The position numbers were made by a program, and so were the translations under genes. From contig JBMFIG010000031.1 of NCBI GenBank assembly GCA_049976425.1, positions 1 through 16,720 on the forward strand: a stretch of 16,720 nt of DNA. Direction: 5' to 3'. Under the pieces are notes generated by a model. That model saw nothing but the letters and a program-made list of their open reading frames with translations. It was not told where the DNA came from and ran no database searches. Source of the DNA: Thermoproteus sp. (GTDB taxonomy: Archaea; Thermoproteota; Thermoprotei; Thermoproteales; Thermoproteaceae). How positions within the stretch are numbered: position 1 is the stretch's first letter; each line of letters starts with the position of its first letter. Below are positions 1 through 8,319 of this stretch, piece after piece.

Positions 1-249
1 CCTAGCCTCGACCTCCGCCCGGAGATCCTCCCAGACGTAGCGGGAGAGGGTGGCCTCGGTGAGGGCGCCGAGGCTGTCCTCTAGATCCGATACGCGTTTG
101 TTTAGATGGGCGAATCCGGCCTTGGTGTAGTCGGCGAGGGCCTTTAAGGCCTCGGCGACTGCCTTCATCTCCTCGCTCCGGGCCTCTGCAAGGGCCTTCT
201 TGACGGCCCTCTCCACGACCTCCTCAAGCACCTTAAGGTCGATAGACAC
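1..249 (-). CDS. N-terminal part of a coiled-coil paREP-like protein (runs off the window edge)
   Basis: Not in the ORF track. Hand translation from GTG at 249 is open to base 1: MSIDLKVLEEVVERAVKKALAEARSEEMKAVAEALKALADYTKAGFAHLNKRVSDLEDSLGALTEATLSRYVWEDLRAEVEAR. Host-like codons; TTTTTAAAAA box at 266-275. Family assignment is by resemblance only. Confidence 0.75.
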   Translation of the reverse strand, partial: MSIDLKVLEEVVERAVKKALAEARSEEMKAVAEALKALADYTKAGFAHLNKRVSDLEDSLGALTEATLSRYVWEDLRAEVEAR

Positions 250-265
250 GGGAATAAGCCGGCAC

Positions 266-275
266 TTTTTAAAAA
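266..275 (-). promoter_or_regulatory. TATA box of the 1..249 gene
   Basis: TTTTTAAAAA in a GC-rich background, 5' edge 26 bp upstream of GTG 249. Confidence 0.6.
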
Positions 276-433
276 CATTGATGGGTGTTCGCTACGGCTA
301 CTTCTCGGGGCGGTCGGCCGCTCTCGCTTGTTCGGCCAAGATTAGTGGAAGAGACAGCCGCTTTCACGGCCTGTCGTACGGCAGGTCGGACGGCTGAGCC
401 GCGGCTGGTCGCCGTACCTCGCGGTGGCGGAGA

Positions 434-440
434 TTATATA
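434..440 (+). promoter_or_regulatory. TATA box of the SDR gene
   Basis: TTATATA begins 26 bp upstream of ATG 460. Confidence 0.6.
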
Positions 441-459
441 GGTGCTACTCGGCATGTGT

Positions 460-1242
460 ATGGGCGGGAGGCTTCAAGGAGCGAGGGTTTTCGTCGGCGG
501 CGTCGGGCCCGGTCTGGGCTCCGCCGTCGTGTACTTCGCCCTTCTGGAAGGAGCCAGGGTGTTCGCTGTGGCGAGGTCGAGGGATTTCTTGGAGAGGCTA
601 CGGCGCGAGCTCTCCGGGCTTGGGGAGCTCCACGTGGGCGCCTACGACCTCTTGCGGGCCGAGTCCGCGGAGGCGGCGGTGGCCGAGGCCGTGTCCAAGC
701 TGGGCGGGCTTGACGCTGTTGTGGTGACGGCGGGAGGGTACGTCGAGGCTCCGATAGAGGCTCTGGACCCAGCGGTCCTTGAGGAGATGCTCTCGAGGAA
801 CCTCAGAGCCCATCTCTACGCCGTAAGGGCGGCCGTGAGGCGCCTCAAGGCGGGCTCCTCGATCGTCCTAGTGACTGCCGTCGGCGGGGCCTACCCAGCC
901 TGGCTGAGGAACACCGTGGCGTACGTCTCGTCGAAGGCCGCGTTGGCGAGGGCCGTGGAGGCTCTAGCCGCGGAGCTCGCGGAGAGAGGCATCAGGGTGA
1001 ACGGCGTGGCGCCCGGCGGCATGAGGAGGGACTTCGCCCCGGGCCGGGACTGGGGACGGCGACGTCCTCGACCTCTAGATTCTCCAACCCGGGCGCCGGG
1101 AAGACGGCGGCCCTCATCTACTACTTCTCCTCCACTACGTAGTTCCGGAGCACGCCTATCTTCTCGACCTCGGCCTCCACCACGTCGCCTCCCTTTAGGA
1201 ACTTGCCTCTGGGGAACCCGACGCCGGGAGGCGTCCCGGTGA
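460..1242 (+). pseudogene. Short-chain dehydrogenase/reductase (SDR), 3'-truncated at ~1053
   Basis: Rossmann GxGxGLG (GGVGPGLG), VVTAGG, catalytic YxxxK (AYVSSK) and IRVNGVAPG are present. After DFAPGRDW the usual C-terminal PEDxA...VDGG segment is missing, and the frame runs as R/P/S-rich antisense sequence into the FAH gene. Confidence 0.8.
992..1117 (-). pseudogene. N-terminal fragment of a zinc-type/MDR alcohol dehydrogenase
   Basis: ATG 1117 directly follows the FAH stop codons (TAG TAG ATG) and reads MRAAVFPAPGLENLEVEDVAVPSPGPG, a typical MDR N-terminus. Similarity is lost after codon 27; TGA at 992-994. Confidence 0.7.
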
Positions 1243-2017
1243 AAATGAGGTCGCCCGGCTTCAGCGTAATCCCCTGCGAAGCCCAGTATATGAGCTGTTG
1301 CACGTTGAATATGAGCTCGGAGGTGTTGCCCCTCTGCTCCACCACGCCGTTTACCCTGAGCTCCAGGCCAAGCCTGTTGGGGTCCTCTATCTCGTCCCTC
1401 GTCACTATGTAGGGCCCCACAGGCGCGGCCGTGTCCATGGACTTGCCCCATATCCAGTTGAGGCCGTACTGGGTGGCCGGGTACTGCCAGTCCCTAAGGG
1501 ATATGTCGTTGCCGACGGTGTAGCCGAAGACGTAGTCCAGGGCCTTCCCCGGCTCTATGTACTTGCCCGGCCTCCCCATGACGACCACGAGCTCCACCTC
1601 CCAGTCCATCTTCTCGACCACCTTGTGCTTGACCACGGGCTGTTCGTGGCCGACCAAGGCGTTGGGGAGCTTGGGGAAGAAATAGGGCTTGGGCGGGGGC
1701 TCGTGCCCCATCTCCTTGCCGTGAGATCTGTAGTTCACGGCGACGGCGAAGATCTTCTCGGGGTTGGGGACCGGAGGCTCCCAGACTATGTCCTTGGGGC
1801 TGAGCTTCGCCTCCTCGGGCGCTCTGCGGGAGATGTACTCGACTATCTCCAGCGCCGGCCTCCCGGCCGCTATGAGCTTCCTCATGTCGTGGAGGAAGTC
1901 CGGCGCCTCGTAGGCGTCGTAGACGAGCGTGTAGGCCTTGGGGAGGTCCACTACGAATCCGTCGAGGAACAGCCCGACCCTCCGCGCTTCGCCTTTCCTG
2001 AACGTCAACAACTTCAT
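1121..2017 (-). CDS. Fumarylacetoacetate hydrolase (FAH/HpcE) family protein
   Basis: Motifs AVAVNYRSH, FPKLPNALVG, DWEVELVVV, GYTVGNDISLRDWQ, WGKSMDT, PGDLIFTGTPPGVG. Start at ATG 2017 (MKLLTFRKG), with a T-rich box at ~2038-2046. Confidence 0.93.
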   Translation of the reverse strand: MKLLTFRKGEARRVGLFLDGFVVDLPKAYTLVYDAYEAPDFLHDMRKLIAAGRPALEIVEYISRRAPEEAKLSPKDIVWEPPVPNPEKIFAVAVNYRSHGKEMGHEPPPKPYFFPKLPNALVGHEQPVVKHKVVEKMDWEVELVVVMGRPGKYIEPGKALDYVFGYTVGNDISLRDWQYPATQYGLNWIWGKSMDTAAPVGPYIVTRDEIEDPNRLGLELRVNGVVEQRGNTSELIFNVQQLIYWASQGITLKPGDLIFTGTPPGVGFPRGKFLKGGDVVEAEVEKIGVLRNYVVEEK

Positions 2018-2584
2018 AGAGCCGGCGTAACGAAGGACTAAAAAGCATTTCCGAATCGGCAAGAGCCGCGCTCGGCAGGTCCGCTTGCTGTTTCCGACGC
2101 GCCGGAGTTTTGCGCGTCTTGATAGGTGCTACTCCGCAAGAGGGCGGCCCGACGGATCTCTTCCCGTAGCCAGCAGTACTGTTGCGGCGGCCGGCCTGCC
2201 GCCGTCAGAGAATAGCCGGTGCAGGGCCTGGCGCGGCCCATAAGGCGGCGACCAAGGAAGCCGCGACGTCGGGAAGATTTACCATGGGGATCGCGTTGAG
2301 GGCCGCCAGCAGGCCTTCACGGGTCTTGAAGACGTCCGATAGATACAGCGATGTAGAGTTGGGCCGTGGGCTACGGAGGAATGCCGCCGACGCGGCTCCG
2401 AGTCTGGCAGATCGGAGAGGTTCTTTTCGGCGGGCTCTCCGGAGGCGCGCGGACGGATAACGTCGTGCCGTCGTCCCTTGCCTAGGCTATCGCGCCTGAG
2501 AGGAGTCGCGACAACCGCCACGTAGGCCCTTAATGCGGCCGGCCTTAGAGGCCGCCGATGTGGCCCCGTAAGCACCCGACCGTA

Positions 2585-3928
2585 CTAGATCTGCGGCTTG
2601 GTCAGTTCGTCGAGGGCCTTGAAGTCCACGAGGCCCTCTACGTCCCCCTCGCGGGCCACGATAAGGTAGTGCCGCCTCCGGGCCCCCACGTCGACCTTGT
2701 AGGACCTCTCCACCAAGGCGTCTAGATCCCTAGAGGTGGCCCTCCCCCACTTCACCTCCACGAAGAGCGCGTTTCTGTCGTCCAGAGCCACCGCGTCTAT
2801 TTGGTCCTCCCCCCTCCACCACTGGCCTACGTAGGTCGGCTTGAAGGGCAACGGGATGGCGCCCTCGGCTATCAGCGACCTCACGAGCTCCTCCAACACG
2901 AGCCCGTAGTGCATCTCCAGCTCGGGGCGTATCCTCTCGAGGACCTCGTCGACTCTGCCGAGCTCTAGATCCGACCGGTTCGGGAGCACGAACTTGAGCC
3001 AGAACCACATGTAGTTGTCCGCCACCTGGTACATCCCCTTGCGCCTCTGGCCGTAGGGCACCACGTGCTTCACGAGGCCGAGGTCCTCCAGCGCCGATAG
3101 GTACTTGACCAAGTTGGCCTTGTCCATTCCCAAGGCGCTCGAGAGCTTGCCCATGGAGTTGTAGCCGAGTGCTAGGTATTTCAGCACGGCCAGATAGGTC
3201 GCCGGTTCGCGCAACTCCTCCCGGAGCAGGAAATAGCCCTCGTCGTATAGGAGAGCCCCCTTCCTGAACACCCTATCCCGTAGGTTCTCCTCAAAGGTCA
3301 GGCCGTCGTCGAACTCGTTGAGGTAGAGGGGCACCCCGCCCGCCACGGCCCACACCTTGACGGCGTCGGCGAAGCGGTAGCCCGGCACGAACGCCCGCGC
3401 CTGTCTGAAGCCGAGGGGCGCCACCCTCCAGCTACCGGTCCTCCGTCCGTAAAGCGGCGATCTGTAGCCGAGGACCTCGGTCTCCATCAACGACACGCTG
3501 GACCCGCAGAGGACGAGGAAGAAGCCTCTCCTAGACAAGGTCTCGTCCCAAGCCCTCTGCAGATCGGAGACGACTCCTCTGTCCAGCTCCACGAGGTACC
3601 CGAACTCGTCGATTATGAGGCAAGGCCTTTCCGCCTCCTCGGCGAAGTACGCCAACAGATCGCCCAGGCCGCGCGGCTCCACTCTCCTGAATATCTCCTT
3701 CCCCAGGAAGTCGGCCATCTTGTCCCTCAGCATGTTTAGGTTGTCCTTGATGGAGGTGCGCGACGCCAAGAAGTAGAGGCATCGCTTGCCCTCCACGAAC
3801 CTCCTCAATATCTCCGTCTTGCCCACGCGCCTTCTGCCGTATATCACCAACAGCTCGGCGCCGCCCGACCTCCACCGCTCCTCAAGGAATCCCAGATCCA
3901 TCTCCCTGTCTATAAATTTATGTTTCAC
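2585..3928 (-). CDS. Archaeal AAA-type ATPase (COG1672/ATPase_2) with wHTH and C-terminal DUF234 PD-(D/E)XK-like domain
   Basis: FIDRE, Walker A YGRRRVGKT, Walker B LIIDEF, LCGSS, SPLYGRRT, GGVPLYL, and C-terminal QIDAVA...FVEVKW. Start GTG 3928 inferred from the AT-rich box at ~3947-3960. Confidence 0.9.
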   Translation of the reverse strand: MKHKFIDREMDLGFLEERWRSGGAELLVIYGRRRVGKTEILRRFVEGKRCLYFLASRTSIKDNLNMLRDKMADFLGKEIFRRVEPRGLGDLLAYFAEEAERPCLIIDEFGYLVELDRGVVSDLQRAWDETLSRRGFFLVLCGSSVSLMETEVLGYRSPLYGRRTGSWRVAPLGFRQARAFVPGYRFADAVKVWAVAGGVPLYLNEFDDGLTFEENLRDRVFRKGALLYDEGYFLLREELREPATYLAVLKYLALGYNSMGKLSSALGMDKANLVKYLSALEDLGLVKHVVPYGQRRKGMYQVADNYMWFWLKFVLPNRSDLELGRVDEVLERIRPELEMHYGLVLEELVRSLIAEGAIPLPFKPTYVGQWWRGEDQIDAVALDDRNALFVEVKWGRATSRDLDALVERSYKVDVGARRRHYLIVAREGDVEGLVDFKALDELTKPQI

Positions 3929-4354
3929 AAGAATTATACTCTGTCTACATATATCTTTATCGCTCGGTGTGTCGGCGTCTCCCTTTCGGGCATGGCCGCG
4001 GCGAGCGGGGACTGTCAGAGCCATGCCCTGTCCTCTCCTAAGGGCGGACGCGACGAGATACGCGCAGAGACCGCCGGCCTAGCCCAGACCGCGTCAACGC
4101 CGGAAATACCTCGACGTCCCCCGACGGTCCCGGGCGAGCATCTAGATAGGGAGGGCGCCGCCAGCCTTTAACGGACCTCCAACATCGCCGAAGTTGCACA
4201 TAGCGGCCGCAAGCACGCGTTAGGACGGCGTAGCCCAGCCACGATGGCCGTAGACGTTGTGGCCGAGATGGACGCCTCGGGCCGACGGTCGCGGGGCTCG
4301 GCCCCTACGCCTATAGAGGACGCCGATGTCCTTGGCCAGTCGGCGGGCGTCGGG

Positions 4355-5037
4355 CTAGCCCTTTCTCTCCATCTCCCTCCTCCTCAATAAGCCTCTCACT
4401 ATCGCGATGTACATCACCAGTTTGGGGTAGTACTTGAACAGGTCTTCTCTCCCGGTCTCCCAAGCCTCCTTGTCGATAGCCTCGGCGATCCTCTCCAGCT
4501 CTGCCACGTCTTCCCATGTGTAGTCCTTGAGGTCCTTGTCCAGCAACTCGATCAGCCTCCTCCTGACCTCCTCGGTGTAGTACCTCGACTTGGCGAGGGG
4601 GACCAAAGCCCTAAGAGTTCCGCGCAACAGAACAGCCTCGGGCTCGGTTATAAGCCCCTTAGCGGCGAGGAAGTCTATCAAGGCGTTCTGGTATCCGTAG
4701 AAGGACTCCCTCACCTGCACAAGGCCCCTTGCCAACTCCTCCACACGCGCCTCAAGCCCATCAATACGCCTCTCAAGATTACTAATGCTGCCCTCAATTC
4801 TATCCATACGCCCATCTAGCCTCTCGACGCGTCCCTCGAGACCATCGATACGTTTCTCGAGGCTATCGACGCCTTTTCTAACTCCATCGACATGTCCCTC
4901 GATCCTATCGATGCGGCCGCCGAGCTCCACTCTCACGGACTCAATTTTTCTATCTAGTAGTAGAGGACTACGATCGCGATTACCACAAGCGGCGCTTGGG
5001 CTACGAGCGAGCTGACTACGAATCCAAGATCTATCAC
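4355..5037 (-). pseudogene. Membrane-anchored coiled-coil paREP-type protein, split by a 1-bp frameshift at ~4956
   Basis: GTG 5037 (box CTTATAAG at 5058-5065) gives hydrophobic MIDLGFVVSSLVAQAPLVVIAIVVLYY, then TAG at 4954-4956. Restoring one C gives ...LYYLDRKIESVRVELGG, in frame with the 4355..4936 ORF (heptad repeats, then a YYTEEVRRRL..YTWEDV domain). Confidence 0.75.
4741..4920 (-). repeat. Degenerate 21-bp heptad-coding repeats
   Basis: Units of RIDRIEG/RIDGLEG/RVERLDG/RMDRIEG/RIDGLEA type in the coiled-coil region. Confidence 0.6.
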
Positions 5038-5166
5038 GTAGCCGTCGGCCTTCTCAGCTTATAAGCTTATCAGCCCCAACCGCCGCCTAGAAACGCCGGC
5101 CGTCTAGATGTCGCCTGCAAGCCGTCAGATCTATGGGAGGTAGAGGCGGCCGCACACGACGGGAAT

Positions 5167-5484
5167 CTATCTGAGGTACCGCTCGACGGCCCTCCGCACG
5201 ATCGGGTCCGGGATCGAGTAGAGATCGCCAGTTTTTTCGAGGATCCCCGTCTTCACCAGATAGCGGAGCAACGCGGTGAAGTTCTTGTCGTCTATCTCGG
5301 CCCCCTCGCGGGCCTCGACCACCATCTTTATCTCGGACCACCTCATCGGCCTCAACGCGACTGCCTTCAATATGGCGCGGTACCTCTCCTCGGCCCTCGA
5401 CTTCAGCAGGAATCTCTCGAGCTCGGCCGCCTCCTGCCGCGCCGCCGCGTCAGCTATTATAGGCCGCGCCGAGGCGTCAAGCAC
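5167..5484 (-). pseudogene. Orphan C-terminal wHTH portion of an archaeal ATPase
   Basis: RYRAILKAVA..RWSEIK..LVKTGILEK..YSIPDPIV matches the C-terminus of archaeal ATPases (compare 15437-15796). No Walker motifs upstream. Confidence 0.7.
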
Positions 5485-5579
5485 TAACGGCCCGACAGGC
5501 CGACCGAGGCGCAGATCGCCGAGCCGGCCTGGCGCGGTGTCTTATATCGGTGCGTGGAGAGGCCCGCGCTGGCCGAGCC

Positions 5580-5730
5580 CGCGAAGCTCTGGAGGACCCG
5601 GTCAGGCCGCCGGTCGACGTATCCCTTGAGCTCCACAAGCCTGCCATTCGCCTATTCGAAGCCGCGGCGCGTTTCGTCCTCCAAACCTGTCATCAACCTC
5701 TCTATCCCAATATGTCGCTACATCGACGCA
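5580..5730 (-). pseudogene. Degraded paREP-like coiled-coil remnant
   Basis: Pieces in two frames: VATYWDREVDDRF and EDETRRGFE*ANGRLVELKGYVDRRPDRVLQSFA, with a stop and a frameshift. Confidence 0.4.
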
Positions 5731-5800
5731 TCGGCGCCGCCGAGATGGCGGACGTCCTCGGCGCGCCGGCCGCAGGGCCTATCGCCAGGGGCACGGCTCT

Positions 5801-6745
5801 CTACAGCTGCGCGATGAACCCGTTGAGCTCCTCCACTAGAGTCCTGAACATGTCCTTGGGTACCCTGGCCCCAGCGGCGTTTCTGTGGCCGCCTCCCGAC
5901 ACCCCGCGCCTTCTGGCGAAGTCCCTCAAGAAGGCGTTCAGATCCACCGGGGGAGCGGAGCGCAGGCTCATGACGTACACGTCGCCCCGCTCCTCCGCCG
6001 CGATGCCCACGGGCGACTCCTTGAGGCCCCTCGCGAGGGTCGCGGCGAGGCCGAGAGGCCCCGGGGGGTTCACCACGTAGGCCACGCGGCCCTCCACGAC
6101 CGCGTTTCTCTCCACCCAGCCCACAAGGGCCTCGTTGACCCTAGCCTGCTCCTCGGCCAGCCTCAGTAACTTCGGCAGAGCCGAGGGGGCGGCGTTTCTG
6201 GACAGATGGCCCACCACCTCCCGCTTGAACTCGTGGTCCTTCCGCGCCCGCTCCAGCCCCTGCATCAACACGCCGGCCTCGTAGTAGACTATCCGCCTAT
6301 CCCACATCTCCAGCGCCTGTCTCACCCAGTCTGTGTGGTCCATATAGTCGCCGATGGCGCCGTAGAGGGCGACTCTGCTGTAGAGCCGGGGCAACCTCCC
6401 GGCGAGCCGCTTGTAGACGAGCTCGGAGGCCGCGGCCCCCTCCTCGTGGACCAGCTCCACGCCCGGCAGATCTGCGGAGAGGGGGTGGTGGTCTATATAC
6501 ACGACGCGGCCTCGATGCGCCGAGAAGGCCTCCCGCACCTCCCCGACTAACTTCTCGTCTATGGCCACGTCGACGATGTACACGTCACCAGCGGCGGCCT
6601 CCCGGAAGTCCTTGACCAGATCCACGGGGTGGGTGAAGTAGATCCGCACCTCCTCGTACTCCTCCGCAAAGGCGGCCCTCACGAGCGCGGCCGAACACAC
6701 GCCGTCGGCATCTCCGTGGGCCAGAATCGTCAACGTCTTGCCCAC
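5801..6745 (-). CDS. DHH/DHHA1 family phosphoesterase (RecJ/NrnA-like)
   Basis: HGDADG, IVDVA, YIDHH, GAIGD, SLRS, GGGHRNAAG. Start GTG 6745 with an AT-rich box at ~6762-6780. Confidence 0.92.
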   Translation of the reverse strand: MGKTLTILAHGDADGVCSAALVRAAFAEEYEEVRIYFTHPVDLVKDFREAAAGDVYIVDVAIDEKLVGEVREAFSAHRGRVVYIDHHPLSADLPGVELVHEEGAAASELVYKRLAGRLPRLYSRVALYGAIGDYMDHTDWVRQALEMWDRRIVYYEAGVLMQGLERARKDHEFKREVVGHLSRNAAPSALPKLLRLAEEQARVNEALVGWVERNAVVEGRVAYVVNPPGPLGLAATLARGLKESPVGIAAEERGDVYVMSLRSAPPVDLNAFLRDFARRRGVSGGGHRNAAGARVPKDMFRTLVEELNGFIAQL

Positions 6746-6906
6746 GTGCAATATCCAAACTATTTTATTGAATTTACTTTACGGATCAAGCGCCTCCCAG
6801 AGGCCTTGAGGGGCGTGCCCAGCACTACCGCGCCCATTCGACACCACATAGGCCGACGGCGTCTGTGGACGGCGCTACGCCATCCGCGATGGCCGCGGCG
6901 TCGGGG

Positions 6907-6915
6907 TTTTTAAAT
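6907..6915 (+). promoter_or_regulatory. TATA box of the HEPN-MNT gene
   Basis: TTTTTAAAT ~26 bp upstream of in-frame GTG 6934. Confidence 0.6.
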
Positions 6916-6933
6916 CTGCGTAGGTGTGGCGAT

Positions 6934-7659
6934 GTGAGGATTTTGAGGATTCTAGAAGACGCCGAGGCGAGGATTAGACGCATCGAGTCGGCCGACGACG
7001 AGGATGTACTGCGGTGGAATCTCTACGCCGCAGTCCAAGACGTGCTCGACGCGCTGGCGGTTCTATTCTCGGAGCTGGGCTGGAGGAAGCCGCCGTCGTA
7101 CACCCGCCTTGTCCTAGAGGCTGAGGAGAGGGGCGTGTTGCCGCCCGGCTTCGCCCCCTTTGTCAAGATGCGGAACGCCTTGGCTCATGCGTATAGGGAA
7201 ATAAGCGCCCGCGAGCTGGGGGAGATAAGGGCGAGGGCGCTGGAGGAGCTCCCGCGCCTCCTCGTCGCCGTTAAGTCGTTTGTAAAGGAGAGGGGAGTCG
7301 ACCCAGTGGTGGAGTGGGGGCCTGCCGCTGAGGTGTTTAGGAGGTTTGGGGTCAAGTTCGCCTACCTGTTCGGCTCCCGGGCCAGGGGGCTTGAGAGGGA
7401 GGACAGCGACTGGGACGTCGCGGTCTACTTCGGAAGGGACGTCTCCCTTGTGGACGAGGCTGAGCTCGCGGCGGAGCTGTCGAGGGCGCTGGGGGCTGAG
7501 GTGGACGTGGTGGCGCTGGACGCGGCCGGCCTCGACCTCATCTACACGGTTCTGAGAGACGGCGTGGTGATCTACTCCGTCGACGAGGAGTTGCGGAGAC
7601 GGTGGGAGATCGAGTCGTACCTAGAGTATCTGGACTACGCCAGCGGCTATCTAGACTGA
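6934..7659 (+). CDS. Fused HEPN (DUF86/HepT-like) RNase and minimal nucleotidyltransferase (MntA-like)
   Basis: N-domain has RX4HXY (RNALAHAY, 7171-7194). C-domain has YLFGSRARG..DSDWDVAV (GSX10DXD) and VDVV. Confidence 0.88.
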   Translation: MRILRILEDAEARIRRIESADDEDVLRWNLYAAVQDVLDALAVLFSELGWRKPPSYTRLVLEAEERGVLPPGFAPFVKMRNALAHAYREISARELGEIRARALEELPRLLVAVKSFVKERGVDPVVEWGPAAEVFRRFGVKFAYLFGSRARGLEREDSDWDVAVYFGRDVSLVDEAELAAELSRALGAEVDVVALDAAGLDLIYTVLRDGVVIYSVDEELRRRWEIESYLEYLDYASGYLD

Positions 7660-7690
7660 GGAAGTTTTTAAGGCAGGCCATGCGTCTGGC

Positions 7691-7801
7691 ATGGATCTCG
7701 CCAAGTCGCCGGATATCTCCGTTGCGGCTACTTTCGGGCTTGTCCTCGCAACTTTTCCGATAGGCGCCGATAGGCCCTCGGCCGGGGCCCGAACTGTATG
7801 A
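7691..7801 (+). CDS. Putative 36-aa small protein, translationally coupled to the next gene
   Basis: TTTTTAAG (7665-7672) lies 26 bp before ATG 7691. Reads MDLAKSPDISVAATFGLVLATFPIGADRPSAGARTV; its TGA overlaps ATG 7798 (ATGA). Confidence 0.4.
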   Translation: MDLAKSPDISVAATFGLVLATFPIGADRPSAGARTV

Positions 7802-8319
7802 CAAGCCGGCTTCAACTGCCGCGGGGCGTTAGGAGGGTGGTAGAGATATGCCGATCAATGGGGTATAGAGTTTTTCTAATTGGGGCGAGGGCCTTAGAGT
7901 TCTACGGCTTGGTGCGGCAAACGGCTGATTGGGACTTGGCCATCGACCAGCCGTTCACAGTAGAGGTCAGAGATAGGCTCACGGAGGCGTTGAGGGGAGT
8001 CGGCTATTCCGTCCAGTGGAGGAAATGGGGGCTGTACGTGGACGCGGAGGGCGTGCACGTGGATATAAACTATGCCCCCCTCATATTGGACGACGAGTTT
8101 GTCTCCAGGTGTAGGGAGGCTGGGGGCCTCCTAATACCGTCGCCTGAGGATCTGGCGGTCCTGAAGCTAGCGAGCGGCGAACGGAAGGACATAGAGGACT
8201 TGAAGAAATTACTTAGGCTCCCCCTCGACTTGTCGTATCTGAGGAGGAGGGCCCTCCAGGCAGGTCTCGAGAAAGAGCTGGAGAGGATCTGGCGGAGGGT
8301 GCATGGTACTCGCCTTTAG
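7798..8319 (+). CDS. AbiEii/DUF6036-like nucleotidyltransferase
   Basis: LIGARAL..RQTADWDL matches the GxxA..RxTxDxD signature; C-terminal SPEDLAVLKL..RKDIEDL. Confidence 0.8.
   Translation: MTSRLQLPRGVRRVVEICRSMGYRVFLIGARALEFYGLVRQTADWDLAIDQPFTVEVRDRLTEALRGVGYSVQWRKWGLYVDAEGVHVDINYAPLILDDEFVSRCREAGGLLIPSPEDLAVLKLASGERKDIEDLKKLLRLPLDLSYLRRRALQAGLEKELERIWRRVHGTRL

Noticed and set aside
3929-4024. Extended N-termini from the ORF track (also 442, 2062, 6865, 9147, 12506, 15112)
   Set aside because: The extensions cross TATA boxes, operator-like repeats or neighbouring genes; the downstream starts match family N-termini and, in most cases, the ~26-bp TATA spacing.
4025-4350. Gene or mobile element in the intergenic gap
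   Set aside because: Only vague fragments (e.g. RDEIRAETAGLAQ); no terminal repeats or convincing ORF.
4741-4920. CRISPR or non-coding tandem repeat
   Set aside because: The repeats are degenerate at synonymous positions and encode coiled-coil heptads.
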